In this document: piece after piece, positions 13,996 through 24,642 of the stretch
Numbering within the stretch: the first letter of the stretch is position 1
How the letters are laid out: every line of letters begins with the position of its first letter
Translations under genes and position numbers: made by a program
Notes under the pieces: model-generated
The model's input: the letters and a program-made list of their open reading frames with translations, nothing else
Databases searched by the model: none
What the model was told of the DNA's origin: nothing
NCBI GenBank assembly: GCA_002269645.1
Contig: NIVC01002881.1
Span: forward strand, 1 to 64,000
DNA: 64,000 bases
From: Macrostomum lignano
Taxonomy: Eukaryota
Reading direction: 5' to 3'

Positions 13996-14587
13996 CTTGG
14001 GAATATTTTCTATTTAGGGGTAATGACTGTGATCTTTGTGAAAGCTATATTTTCTTGTCTGTTTATTAATCTTACCAATCTTGGCGAAGCCTTCTGCAAA
14101 AACATCTTAGTTCTTATCCTTTTGACTATAGCTTTGAACTGTTCTGTCTTTATTCGATAATTCGTTGGAAATTAATAAAGACGATATTGTTCAGTTTAAT
14201 AGACTAATTTAATTTAATTTAAAACAAATTTATTGTGTCATAACTGCTTCGTGTTAGTAGTAGTATAGTAGCAGCGATTGTTTTAATCAACTCGAATGAT
14301 TGCATTAGGTCCAATTTCATTTTAGTCAGAACTTAGTATGCATGATTCTCTCAGATTCCATTTTGCTAATACGTGTATTCGATTTTTCGTTGCAAATTAA
14401 TAAAGACGATATTAAACAAGGGTAACAAATTTTCTTTTCAAGATATTTTATTCTCAAATAAGATTTATTTAAGAAATCTTAAATAAGCATAAGCAGGCTG
14501 CTGCTGTCACTTGTGCTTGTCCGAGTTGTCCGGCCGTTGCTTGTGCTGCTGCTGTTGCTGCTTCTCCTGCTGCTCCTGCTGCTGTTG

Positions 14588-17500
14588 TTGTTGTTGTTGT
14601 TGTTTGCGGAAGGTGGTCTAGGGCTGCCTATGCAGGCAGTCCAAGAACCTAGCCACCAGATCGCCATCGGCCAAGTCCTCCAGTTGGTGTAGGTCCGTCG
14701 CGTGCCGAGCTCTTGCCAGGGCCGGACATTCGAGGAAGTGGTCCTTGTCTTCATAGAGGTCGCACCGGGGGCATCTGCTATCCTCCCTAGAGCCAATTCG
14801 GTGCTGATAGTACGCCGTGGAAGGATCGTGACCGGCTCGCATTTGAGCTATGGAAACCTGAAGCGCGCGGGGGCGAGCGGGCATCGAGGGGGTCTTGCTG
14901 TAGATCCGCTTCAGCCGGTCATTCAGGAGAGGCTTGTAGTTGATGAGACGGCGTACACGGCTGCGGGCGGCCTCGATGTCGATCTCTAGAATGTCCTGGG
15001 GGAGCAGACAGGCGTTCTTGGCCTCGACGTCGGCTCTCTCGTTACCGGGAGTCCCAGAATGACCTGGGATCCACTGCAGGACCACGTCGGCGTGGCTCTC
15101 CACCTGTGTCAGCTTGCGCTTGAGCGACTCGAGCAGAGGGTTCAGGGAGTGTTGCCGACCTTTGAGCGCCGCAATGGCCGATCGGCTGTCGGTGAGGACC
15201 AGGGCAGAGTCCTGTTTAGTCTCAAGGATGTGATCCAGGGCGAGGTGCAGAGCTGAGAGTTCAGCTTGGAACGAGCTACACCAACGCCCGGTAGCAGCTC
15301 CCTCAATCCAAACCACCTGGCCCGAGATAGGGGCGACCGCCACACAGGCTGCCCCTCCATTCTCAGTTCCTTCTGATGCAGACCCGTCGGTGAAGTAGTG
15401 GATCTTGCGGTCGCCCCATGATTGAATGGTGTCTTCCGTCGCCGACCGCCTGGTCTCTGGTGGATCGTTCCTGGAGATCGGCTGAATCAGGTGTTCGCAA
15501 AGGGTGACCCGATCCTCAATTCTCGGAAGCCAGGGCTCGTTCCTGATCCAGTTCGATTCCCGGCGTGGGCAATGCAGAATCTGCTCGGATTCCAGCTTGG
15601 CTTGGTCCCGGAGGCCTTTGTTAGCTTTGAGCCTGCGCCGGCTTTGGTCTTCGCAGAGGCTGCGCCAAGGGTCGTAGGCAGGCCGCCTGAGGGCCTTCTC
15701 GACAGCCAGCAGGGCTCTTCTGTGTCCTTCAACGGAAATGGGAACGGTTCCGAGTTCGAGGTATACGGCCTCCTCCGGAGTGGATTTAGGGAGGCCGGCC
15801 ACGATTCTGAGTGCTGCCCGTTGAGCCCGTTCGAGTTCGTTCAACCGGCTTTTGGATAGCCAAGGTAGCCAGGCCGCTGCCGCGTGCCATATGACAGATT
15901 CGACCATGGCGGTGTACGTACGCATCAGCAGCTTACGGTCCCAGCCCCAGCTCCTTTGCGCTAGCGCTCTCACGATGTTGGTGCGTTTGGCCATCTTTTC
16001 TTTGACCGTTTTGACTTGTTGAGCAAAGATGAGTCCACGGTCGATCCAAATACCGAGGTATTTGAGAGACTCAGTGAAGCGAAGTTGAGTGCCGGCAAGA
16101 TGGAGATCAGGTGGCCGATCAAAGTCGGCCCGGTTCCTAGAGAAGAGGCACGCCTGGGTTTTGGCTGGGTTAACCGAGATACGGAGGTCTCTGGTCCAGG
16201 TTTCGATGAAGTCCAGGGCGCTCTGTAGCTTTCTGGTGAGGTTCTGAAGGCTACTGTCAGTAGCCCATAGGCAGAGGTCGTCAGCGAATCCTTCAAGTTG
16301 AACTTCAGTTTCAGGGAAGCCAGTCCAATCATTGACGTAAAGGAGGAAAAGGACCGGGGAGCACACCGCTCCCTGAGGAACTCCACTGGTGATGCGGCGC
16401 CACTTCCCGGTGGTGTTGCCGATTTTGGCACAGATAGTTCTACCTTCCAGAAAGTTGGCTAGCCAATGCGTCATACGATCGGGCATGTCTTCGTCCATCA
16501 TCCGATTAATGAGCTTGTCGTGCCAAACTGTGTCGAAGGCTTTGGAGCAATCTAGGGCGGTAGCCGCTGTCTTGAGGGGAGGTTTGCGTTCCCACCCGTC
16601 TTGGATCGATTGGACCAGACGGGCGACCTGCTCCTCACAGCTGCGGCCTCTTTGGAAGCCCGCTTGCCAGGGTTTGAGGATGTTGAAGGTCTCAATCCAA
16701 TGAAAAAGGCGGTCCAGGACCATGCGTTCCATAATCTTGGCGCAGATCGATGTGAGACTAACAGGTCTATAGCTATCGCAGCTCTGCGGGTCTTTACCGT
16801 CCTTCAGGAGGGGCACCACTATAGCTTGTTTCCAGATGCCAGGGCAGTGGCCAATCTTCCAGCTACGGTTGAAGAGTTTGAGCCAGGCCTCCGTCCAGCT
16901 TTCTGGCAGGTGCTTGAAGAATGCCGCCTCCATCTTGTCCGGCCCTCCTTTCTTGTTGATGTCCAGGTGGTCGATAGCTCTCCCGAGTTCACTCTTGGTG
17001 AAGGGGGCGTCATAGTCGCTGGCATGCGGGTGATAAGCACTCAGACGATTGGAGGTGAGTTTTTTGTAGCGGCGATCACCCGGTTGTTGGTCGTGTCTGC
17101 AGACCTTGGCAAAGTGTCTGCCAAACGCTTCGGCCTTTTGTTTGTCAGTCTTACATTCTTTGCCTTGGACCAAGAGGGTCTCGTTGGGGGTCGCCCCGTT
17201 GTTACCCGTGTTCAAACATTTAATGGTCCTCCAGACGGCCTTAGGGTCGGAGGAGGAGGAGGTCTTGTCGAGGTACTCTCTCCAGAACTGGGCTTTCTTC
17301 TCAGCGCACCGACTGGTCAGCTCTTGGGTCTTCATGTTCCAGTCCTCGACCGGGCTTCCCCTTCTACGGAGGTTGTTCCTCTCATCTCTCAGCTGGGAAA
17401 GCTCCTCGTCCCAGAAGGGGCGGTTACGAGGGGAGACTTTCTTCAGCGGGATGGATTCTTTAGCCGCCTGCTTCATCGTCGTGCAGAGCCGGGCAATCTG

Positions 17501-18340
17501 CTGTTTGATAGTGCCGGTGTTCAGGTCAGCAGAGTGCTCTTCTAGGTAGGAGTGATAGCGATTCCAGTCGGCCTTTTTCCAGGCCCAGGAAAACCTGGGT
17601 TCTTTGGCCAGGGCCGGGCGGATACCATGAACCGTGATAAGAATCGGCTTATGATCAGAACCCAGCTCCGGCAGGACAGTCCAAGAGCACCGCCCAGCTA
17701 GGGATCTGCTGGCGAAAGAGATGTCCGGGGCGCTTTCCTGTCCTGACCGGCGGTCGACACAGGTGAGAGTGCCGCGGTTGAGGAAGCGGTAGTCGTTGTT
17801 CTCAACCCAATCAACGAGGCAGCCGGCTTCAGTAACGTCTTCTGGTCCTTGACCGGGTTTGCTGCCCCATTTCTGGTGGTGCAGGTTAAAGTCTCCCACA
17901 ATGAGCTCCGCATTGTGTGGGGTAAGCCAGGAGACCACGCTAGGGTTGATTCTTCTGTCCACCGTGTTGGAGCGCCGCGTTGGTGGTCGGTAGACATTGG
18001 TCAGCACGATGGTCTCGCGGGCGGTGATGTGCAAGGCGATACGGTGCCCTTCCGTGATGCCACCGCCCCAGTACCGAAGCTTTCGGAAGGAGATGGATTG
18101 GCGCACGAAAACCAGCAGCCCTCCTCCTTTGGACTCGGCTCCATTGCGGGCAATTTGCCGGTCCTTTCTGATGGTGGTAAAGCCCGGAATCCTGGGGTTG
18201 GGATGCTGTTTTTCCAGCTTCGATTCTTGGACTGCAATAAGGTCGATAGAGAGCCGATTGGCTATTTCTTCTAGTTCACCTAACTTGTTGCGGATGCCAT
18301 CCGCATTCCATTGGAGGAGTCTAACACCAGGCTCTAACAC
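14588..18340 (-). mobile_element. Non-LTR retrotransposon of the I group (Ingi/Nimb-like), 5'-truncated at the start of ORF2, with (AAC)n tail
   Basis: Stop at 14618, ~14-nt 3'UTR, then an (AAC)n tail (+ strand gttgttgtt, ~14583-14604). Flanked by a 42-bp duplication (14546-14587 and 18341-18382, one mismatch). Confidence 0.85.
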
Positions 18341-18475
18341 CTGCTGCTGTTGCTGCTTCTCCTGTTGCTCCTGCTGCTGTTGCTGCTTCTCCTGCTGCTT
18401 CTCCTGGCGGACGTAATTATGTAGTGAATTGCATGTCGCCACTTTGTGGTTGCCTCCGCAGAAGTAACAGGCCAC
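14618..18475 (-). CDS. Uninterrupted ORF: AP endonuclease, reverse transcriptase, RNase H, C-terminal Cys/His motif
   Basis: APE: LLQWNADG, QESKL, GDFNLHH, SDHKPI. RT: YRPVSLTS, QAGFQ, KAFDTV, GVPQG, FADD, KYLG. RNase H: FTDGS, AELSAL, TDSRS, WIPGH..GNERAD. Then CPRC...HFLEC. The first ~45 aa derive from the target gene. Confidence 0.95.
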   Translation of the reverse strand: MACYFCGGNHKVATCNSLHNYVRQEKQQEKQQQQQEQQEKQQQQQVLEPGVRLLQWNADGIRNKLGELEEIANRLSIDLIAVQESKLEKQHPNPRIPGFTTIRKDRQIARNGAESKGGGLLVFVRQSISFRKLRYWGGGITEGHRIALHITARETIVLTNVYRPPTRRSNTVDRRINPSVVSWLTPHNAELIVGDFNLHHQKWGSKPGQGPEDVTEAGCLVDWVENNDYRFLNRGTLTCVDRRSGQESAPDISFASRSLAGRCSWTVLPELGSDHKPILITVHGIRPALAKEPRFSWAWKKADWNRYHSYLEEHSADLNTGTIKQQIARLCTTMKQAAKESIPLKKVSPRNRPFWDEELSQLRDERNNLRRRGSPVEDWNMKTQELTSRCAEKKAQFWREYLDKTSSSSDPKAVWRTIKCLNTGNNGATPNETLLVQGKECKTDKQKAEAFGRHFAKVCRHDQQPGDRRYKKLTSNRLSAYHPHASDYDAPFTKSELGRAIDHLDINKKGGPDKMEAAFFKHLPESWTEAWLKLFNRSWKIGHCPGIWKQAIVVPLLKDGKDPQSCDSYRPVSLTSICAKIMERMVLDRLFHWIETFNILKPWQAGFQRGRSCEEQVARLVQSIQDGWERKPPLKTAATALDCSKAFDTVWHDKLINRMMDEDMPDRMTHWLANFLEGRTICAKIGNTTGKWRRITSGVPQGAVCSPVLFLLYVNDWTGFPETEVQLEGFADDLCLWATDSSLQNLTRKLQSALDFIETWTRDLRISVNPAKTQACLFSRNRADFDRPPDLHLAGTQLRFTESLKYLGIWIDRGLIFAQQVKTVKEKMAKRTNIVRALAQRSWGWDRKLLMRTYTAMVESVIWHAAAAWLPWLSKSRLNELERAQRAALRIVAGLPKSTPEEAVYLELGTVPISVEGHRRALLAVEKALRRPAYDPWRSLCEDQSRRRLKANKGLRDQAKLESEQILHCPRRESNWIRNEPWLPRIEDRVTLCEHLIQPISRNDPPETRRSATEDTIQSWGDRKIHYFTDGSASEGTENGGAACVAVAPISGQVVWIEGAATGRWCSSFQAELSALHLALDHILETKQDSALVLTDSRSAIAALKGRQHSLNPLLESLKRKLTQVESHADVVLQWIPGHSGTPGNERADVEAKNACLLPQDILEIDIEAARSRVRRLINYKPLLNDRLKRIYSKTPSMPARPRALQVSIAQMRAGHDPSTAYYQHRIGSREDSRCPRCDLYEDKDHFLECPALARARHATDLHQLEDLADGDLVARFLDCLHRQP

Positions 18476-18711
18476 AGCTATGAAAGGAAGTAAGGATGGT
18501 TAAATTGTTAATTTTAGAATAAAAACAGTATGTTTAATTGGTTGGCGATTGATTGGTTTGTTTGCTGCTCAGTGTCAAGAGGAAGAAAGAAAGCAAGTTC
18601 TAGGAGGTTGGTGATTAAATGATAAAGTAGTAACCCACAATGCGTGCAATACTTACGTTTTCGGGGATGGCGCGGGCGGCGCTGTTGACTCTCTACGATA
18701 GTTACTTTCAT
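18341..18711 (-). CDS. 5' part of a two-exon mini-gene (basic leader, CX2CX3HX4C knuckle, polyQ/E), interrupted in frame by the LINE
   Basis: Exon 1 18711-18657 (55 nt, MKVTIVESQQRRPRHPRK+c) ends at a consensus GTAAGT donor. Acceptor cttcctttcatag gives exon 2 from 18477. Phases 1+2 join in frame to P-VACYFCGGNHKVATC. The original tail HKQRPDNSDKHK* lies at 14545-14507. Confidence 0.6.
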
Positions 18712-18804
18712 TGAGTATGTTAAATATGTAATCCAAATATACTAAATAAATTTATTACTTTTGCTTTTTGGATATCTTAAGTTGGCGTAGAGTAGGAATC
18801 TACA

Positions 18805-18828
18805 ATATATATATATATATATATATAT
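18805..18828. repeat. (TA)n microsatellite
   Basis: Perfect AT dinucleotide run. Confidence 0.95.
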
Positions 18829-19730
18829 AACAAAACTTTCTGGGGTGGGTTGGTGCTGGCCCAACCCGATTGGCCGTTTCGTGTGGGGATTAGCCACTCA
18901 GGGCTGAGGTGGACAAATGAAGCTAAGCAAGAGTGACGGCAGTGGCTGGACGGGTTGGGGCTGAGCTATGCACGGCTTAGGGGTGAAGCTCACACTGGTC
19001 AGAGAGAAGGGTGAGAGCGCAGTTTTGGTTGGGTGACTTAAGCCAAGCTGGGCCTGGGGAGATTGAATCAAAACCAGTTTGAAGCGGTAAACAACACAGA
19101 ATACCCCTGAACTTTTTAATTGTTGCTACTTTCTTAGTCATTGCAATGACTCAGGTGTAAACTCCGGGGTTATGGTTGATTGCAAGTAAGAATTAGGAGG
19201 GGTGGTGGAGGTAGGCGCGAGATTATAGAGCTAATGAGACGGCGGGTACAAACAGAGAAAAGAATAAGAAGACTGAATTAGATAGAGAAGGGTGAGAAAA
19301 TGGAGTAAGCACAGACAAGTTCAGATGAACTGGATAAATGACTAAGAAAGTTTATGCTGCTCTTCATGAGTGTGAAAAACGATAAGTCGCAGACAACGAG
19401 GGGTTGGTCGTGGGAGTTCAATTAGCGTCGTGAGATCACGCCACAAGGTCCGGAGTCCACCCACCCCAGCCGATTTAGTCTGGAAACGAAGAGATTGCAC
19501 AGGGAGGGAGGGTTATCTGTGTTCTGATTGGCTGTTTAGTTGTGTGGGGTTGACTGCTGGTGATTGGGGTGTGGGCTTGACTATTTAAATCGAAATGTAT
19601 TGCAAACTGTGAGTTTAACCTGCTATTTCTACTGAAGTATTTTGCACTGCAACATTTCTAGAAGCTGTTTCTATTTTCTAAGTTTTGTTTCTACTTTGTT
19701 AAAACTGTTAAACTGAACAACTAAGCTACA

Positions 19731-21300
19731 ATGGCGTCTACAATCACCAAGAAGATTAAGGCAAAAATCTCTGGCCTGAAACTGGGCTACATGAATGCGG
19801 CGGTTACTGGCCTTGTAACCGATTTGAAGGAGATCAGGTCCTACATGAAGAACGACGTCCGAGGCGAAGTTTTTTCGTTCGTCTTGGTAGACGACTCGGC
19901 TGAGATGAGAGTCGGCGTTTTCGGCAAGGACCTGCGGTCTATTTGGGAAGTTTGCAATACTTCCGATGCTGTTCGCATAGCCGGCGGAATGGTAAAGACT
20001 TCGGATCCGAGATACAACAGCACGAATAATCCTATGGAGGTGTCTCTTTCTGTTGACTCCAAGGGATCAATATTTCGAAGCAATGAAGTTCCGACTGTTA
20101 GTGAACGGGCGTGTAACTATACGCGAATAAGCGACCTTCAAAACGTACGCCTGCAAGAGTGAGTTGCATTGTATCTATACTTGTATTTATTGTATAGACA
20201 CAGTATACAATATTATTATATGTACAATAGACATAATAGTATAGAAAATTGGAAAATAGAGAATTGTATAGACAATTGTGTAGCACTGTAGTGTATGTTC
20301 GGCTTTTATAAATTATTTTGACTAGATTAGCAATCCATTGTATGCCTTCATCCATTGTATGATGTTGGCTAGACTAGCAGTCCATTATATTCATTCGTCT
20401 ATTGATGTATGTAGGAATAGGATTCAAAGGAACTTCAAAAGGCGTTTTTGAGGTTTTTAAAGACTTTTAAAACTGTCCCCTCTGTATTGCCTTTTATTAG
20501 AAATGTCGATGTCCTTGGAGCAATCGACACACTGCAGCCGCCCGAGGAAGTCATGACGAAGGCTGGGAAGCGGATAAACGTAGCCAAAGTGACTATTGTT
20601 GACCAGTCCTGTCGTTCTGTCTCCTGCACATTTTGGGGGTCGTCCTCCGATCAAGCTGTCAACTGGAGTGTCGGCGACATTTTGTCGATACGACGAGCAA
20701 AAGTACAAGAGTACGCTGGCGCTGTTGTACTTGGATGTACTTGCTCTGAAGTTCGGCTCAACTCGGACGACACCGAGGTTACGACTTTGACTGACTGGTA
20801 CACGAATGCTAAGCAGAGCGATACCGAGTTTCAACCTCTGGGTGCTCTGTGTCCATCATGCGCGGTTGGCGGCTCTTCTGACCTAAGGGGAACAACAGGC
20901 GAGTTGTTATGCAACTACCGGTTTCGCACGAATCCTTCCGGGATATAGACGAAATTGTCTTGGACTTTGGAGAAGGAATAAAGGTGCGCGTGTTCATTGT
21001 ACATGTAACTTATTTAATGTTTAGTATTTTTCTGTAGTACAGATCTATTCACTCTTAAATTGCGACAGTATTGTATATTGCTCGGTCAAGAATGTATAAA
21101 ATTTAGTTTTAAGCAAACTTGTAAATTTTTGTTTATTAATATTACCTTTCTACAGAAACTATACAGACTGGTGCCGTCTGGTGAGAGCCAATTCGAGTCA
21201 ACACAAATCGACTGGAGTACGCAGGCTGATGAAAGAAGCAGAATGTCATGCGAAGATTTCTCTGGCAGTTCAAGAAATCAGTGAGTTATTGAAGCACATG
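19731..21300 (+). pseudogene. RPA70-like ssDNA-binding protein gene (OB-fold A and B, start of Zn-ribbon fold C); 3' part frameshifted or uncertain
   Basis: Exon 1 19731-20158: GEVFSFVLVDDSAEMRVGVF, resembling RPA1 [26 protein letters not shown] donor and ttttattag acceptor join in phase. Exon 2 from 20501: VDVLG..VTIVDQS..VSCTFWG..LSIRRAKVQEY..LTDWY (RPA1 DBD-B pattern), then LCPSC. Confidence 0.8.
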
Positions 21301-21458
21301 TGTTGAAAAGCCATCACAAGTAAATTTTAGCATGGAAAAAGAATTGCTACCTTGGCCCTACATGCTAAATTTCCTGCTGCATTGGCACTGGCATGAATAT
21401 GAAGTACCTTTAGATTGGGTGCGTAAGTCAAAATTGGAGACTGAAATTTAGGATATGG

Positions 21459-21660
21459 GTATCCCTTCCACAGTGCATTCTAGCAATCCCTTCCACAGTG
21501 CATTCTAGCAATCCCTTCCACAGTGCATTCTAGCAATCCCTTCCACAGTGCATTCTAGCAATCCCTTCCACAGTGCATTCTAGCAATCCCTTCCACAGTG
21601 CATTCTAGCAATCCCTTCTACAGTGCATTCTAGCAATCCCTTCTACAGTGCATTCTAAGA
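21459..21660. repeat. 25-bp minisatellite (atcccttccacagtgcattctagca)
   Basis: Period 25 (21461, 21486, 21511...), about 8 units. Confidence 0.95.
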
Positions 21661-21744
21661 ATCCATTCTACCTTTGAATTCTAATAATCTCTTCTACAGT
21701 AGGAATCTCTTCTGCAGTGCATTCTAAGAGTCTATTCTACTGTG

Positions 21745-22022
21745 CTAATGGGATTTCTGAGAATTTCAGCTATTGGGATATCTGAGAATGTCAGCTAATG
21801 GTATTTCTGAGAATGTCAGCTAATGGTATTTCTGAGAATGTCAGCTAATGGGATTTCTGACAATGTCAGCTAATGGGATTTCTGAGAATGTCAGCTAATG
21901 GGATTTCTGAGAATGTCAGCTAATGGGATTTCTGAGAATGTCAGCTAATGGGATATCTGACAATGTCAGCTAATGGGATATCTGAGAATGTCAGCTAATG
22001 GGATTTCTGAGAATTTTAGCTA
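21745..22022. repeat. 25-bp minisatellite (gctaatgggatttctgagaatgtca), a diverged reverse complement of the preceding array
   Basis: About 11 units. The reverse complement tgacattctcagaaatcccattagc aligns with gtgcattctagcaatcccttc. Confidence 0.9.
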
Positions 22023-24586
22023 TCTTCTTTAGAACATTAAGGATGAGGTGTTACATTATCGCAGGGTGTATTTTTGCCATTGCCAATGTTGATAGCAGGC
22101 TGGCTGCAGACGTGCTGGGCCTGACAGAGAGTTGGTTGAAATGGACATTTCGCTGCTTTGTATGTCCCTGGTAGATTTCTTCCACTCTAATACGTGGGCC
22201 AATCCAGAAGTTCATGGTAATTACCGGTGCATTTGTGCAGATTAAGGAAGGGATTTTGTTGTCTGCCCGTTGAAGAGAATTTGAATTCTACTAATTTGTG
22301 AAATTATTGGACTCATTTTCCAGGCGATATGGAAATTCAATCAAATAATGTTCTGATTGTGGGTTGAGCCGGAGAAAGTCGTAATAGTTGGATGATAAAA
22401 GCTCAATAAGAGTCCTGTCCCAAAGCGATAGGAAAATTCTGATTGATTTTCTGATTGAGGGGTTGAGCCAGAGACAGTCTTGATAGTTCAGTAAGAATCC
22501 TGTCCATATTCTGCTGAGGGGTTCGGCCAGAGAGTCTGGTAGTGCGGTGAGAGAAGCTCAAATTGGCAGCTTTTTGTGGTGGGAGAAATTTTCTGATTGC
22601 ATGAACTTTTGGAATGGCCCTCGTACATGCAAATGCAGCCAGAGGGGGTTTGAAGCAGCCTTTGCAAACCCCAGATAGTCTGTTGTGATGGCTTTAACTC
22701 TGCCGAAGCCAGTCCCAAGCCTGGTTGCAAAAAGAGGAGGGTTGCAAACTGTTCTTACATGCTCATTAGTAATGCCTGAAGTTTACATGCCCCAAGTGAA
22801 TGCCTCTGTCCAGCTGTGCAGACTAAAGCAAGCCAACAAGTGGTAAGATTGACACCAATGAAAAATTCGTAACAGAATTTGTGCAATGGTACTATCTTGT
22901 TGGCGAAGCCTTCTGCAAAAACATCTTAGTTCTTATCCTTTTATGACTTTGAAATTGTAAATATACGGAGTAAATAAAATGACTACTTGCATTTGATTGC
23001 GTTTTTAAATTTGCTATTAACATTACAGTGCAGAGTTTTTCTTGTTTTCGTCTGGATACGCAGAGGAAAGGATTATTGAGTACTAATTAATGGGAGACTG
23101 CTCCCTAATTTGTGACTGTAAAGAAGAATAAAAAATTTAGAAAATTTTATATACTAAAATATTTATTGTCAGCCATTCTTATTTTTTGTTAGTTAGTTTG
23201 CTTCAAATGTACAGGTTTGGGTGTGTGATCAATATGGTAGCTGCAGGTTGCAGTGTTTTACATGTACTTAAAGTATATGTAGTTATGAGCGTAGTATATA
23301 CTTTGTTGTACTTGTTTCCGCTAATGACTGACTGCGCCCCTCTCCACCGGCTGGGGCGCAAATGAAGAAGTTATTCCGACACTGTACGTTGCTAAGTACA
23401 CTGGCGTTTCCCCCCTGGGGGAATGGGTAGGCGTAAATGATAGTACAGTCTTGTCAGGCAGCTAGAAAAGTTTGGTTGAGAATTTTTAACAAGCCTCTTT
23501 ACTGGGGCGCCAACGATGTCGAATTTTTTCCAAAGCGCAGTACATGCTAAGTACACTGGCTTATGCCCCCTATTCCCTATTATCTGGGTAATGAGAGTGA
23601 AAACGGCCCAAGCACAGGTTCGTTTTTATTACGTTAAAAATCTATACATTAATCACACCCTTGTTTCCGCAGTTAAGGAATTAATCAAGTGGAGTTGAAT
23701 ATGTCGATGAAGAATTTAGTGTAGGAGTCGCACAGATATATTGCATCAGTTAACCAGAGCTGTGAATCCATGTATTTCAAAGTTGTATGCATGATTTGTA
23801 AAATGGGTCAAACCAAAGTCGTAAAATAACTTACATGTGGACGAAAAACTGCTAGAAAATCACAAGTTCCTAGAGTTGAGTGGCGAGTGACTTAAAATAA
23901 AATTGCGTTTTAATTACCGTATGAGAGAATAAAGATGAAAAGGGTTGGGAGCACATGCAAACTGCAAAAAAGAACTGTAGCTAAAAGGAAATTAGGCTGT
24001 GGGAAAATATTGGCTATTTGAGTCGCAATTTTAAAAGTACAAAAGTAAAAAATCTAAATTACGGAAACAATACTTTTAGCAAGTCAAACCAACTAATTAT
24101 ACGTCATTGTACTAGGCAATATCCACTATCAAATAACCACACTGGCTCCAAATACAATAACATTGTCGACACAATGTTTGTATGTAACCGTTAAAACAGT
24201 TAAAAGCAGACATCATTAAAATTGGTGCAACGCCAGTGACTCCCTGCATGATAGGCAACTGTTGCCTTTGGCCTTTGGGAAACAAAATTTTTTTAGCTGT
24301 AGTTGCTTTTCCAGTCGTTGCAGAGCGTACTGCTTGCACCGCAACAGAAGTAGTACGCTGTTGCTCTGAAAGAAGGCAAGTAGGTTGAATTGTCTGTTTT
24401 AAAATTCTAAACAAGCATGTTTTATTGGTACATAAGCCCCAGAATTAAAATGAGAATTCGATTCCTAGCCCCCTCCCTAAGAATTCTTTTTATTTTAAAG
24501 GATTCGTCCCTTGCTTATTCGCCACCCCGAAGGGGGGCACGAGATTGCTAGTAAGCCCTGGAAATCTAAAAATATCTGTCAACCTT

Positions 24587-24642
24587 CTAACCCTAACCCT
24601 AGCCTAACCCTAACCCTAACCCTAACCCTAACCTAACCCTAA
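24587..24642 (-). repeat. Interstitial (TTAGGG)n-like tract
   Basis: ctaaccctaaccctagcctaaccctaaccctaaccctaaccctaacctaaccctaa; a degenerate sister tract lies at ~25020-25070. Confidence 0.8.

Noticed and set aside
12313-14160. Long ORFs (up to 473 aa) over the satellite block
   Set aside because: They are translations of 48-bp and 18-bp repeats that lack stops in some frames; several frames are open and no domain is present.
16601-17545. 314-aa plus-strand ORF (likewise 63108-63815, 42528-43583, 33481-33852)
   Set aside because: Antisense shadows of GC-rich transposon coding sequence or of coding repeats.
19731-20948. Host RPA1 orthologue
   Set aside because: Lacks the N-terminal 70N domain and an intact DBD-C, is very divergent, has a paralogue in the same window and sits among transposons; no gene symbol assigned.
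21459-22022. CRISPR-like appearance of the 25-bp repeats (also the 23-24-bp and 21-bp arrays)
   Set aside because: Units are contiguous with no unique spacers, there are no cas genes, and the context is eukaryotic.
24587-24642. Chromosome end or telomere fusion
   Set aside because: Only ~9 imperfect units, embedded at an equivalent position in tandem repeat units.
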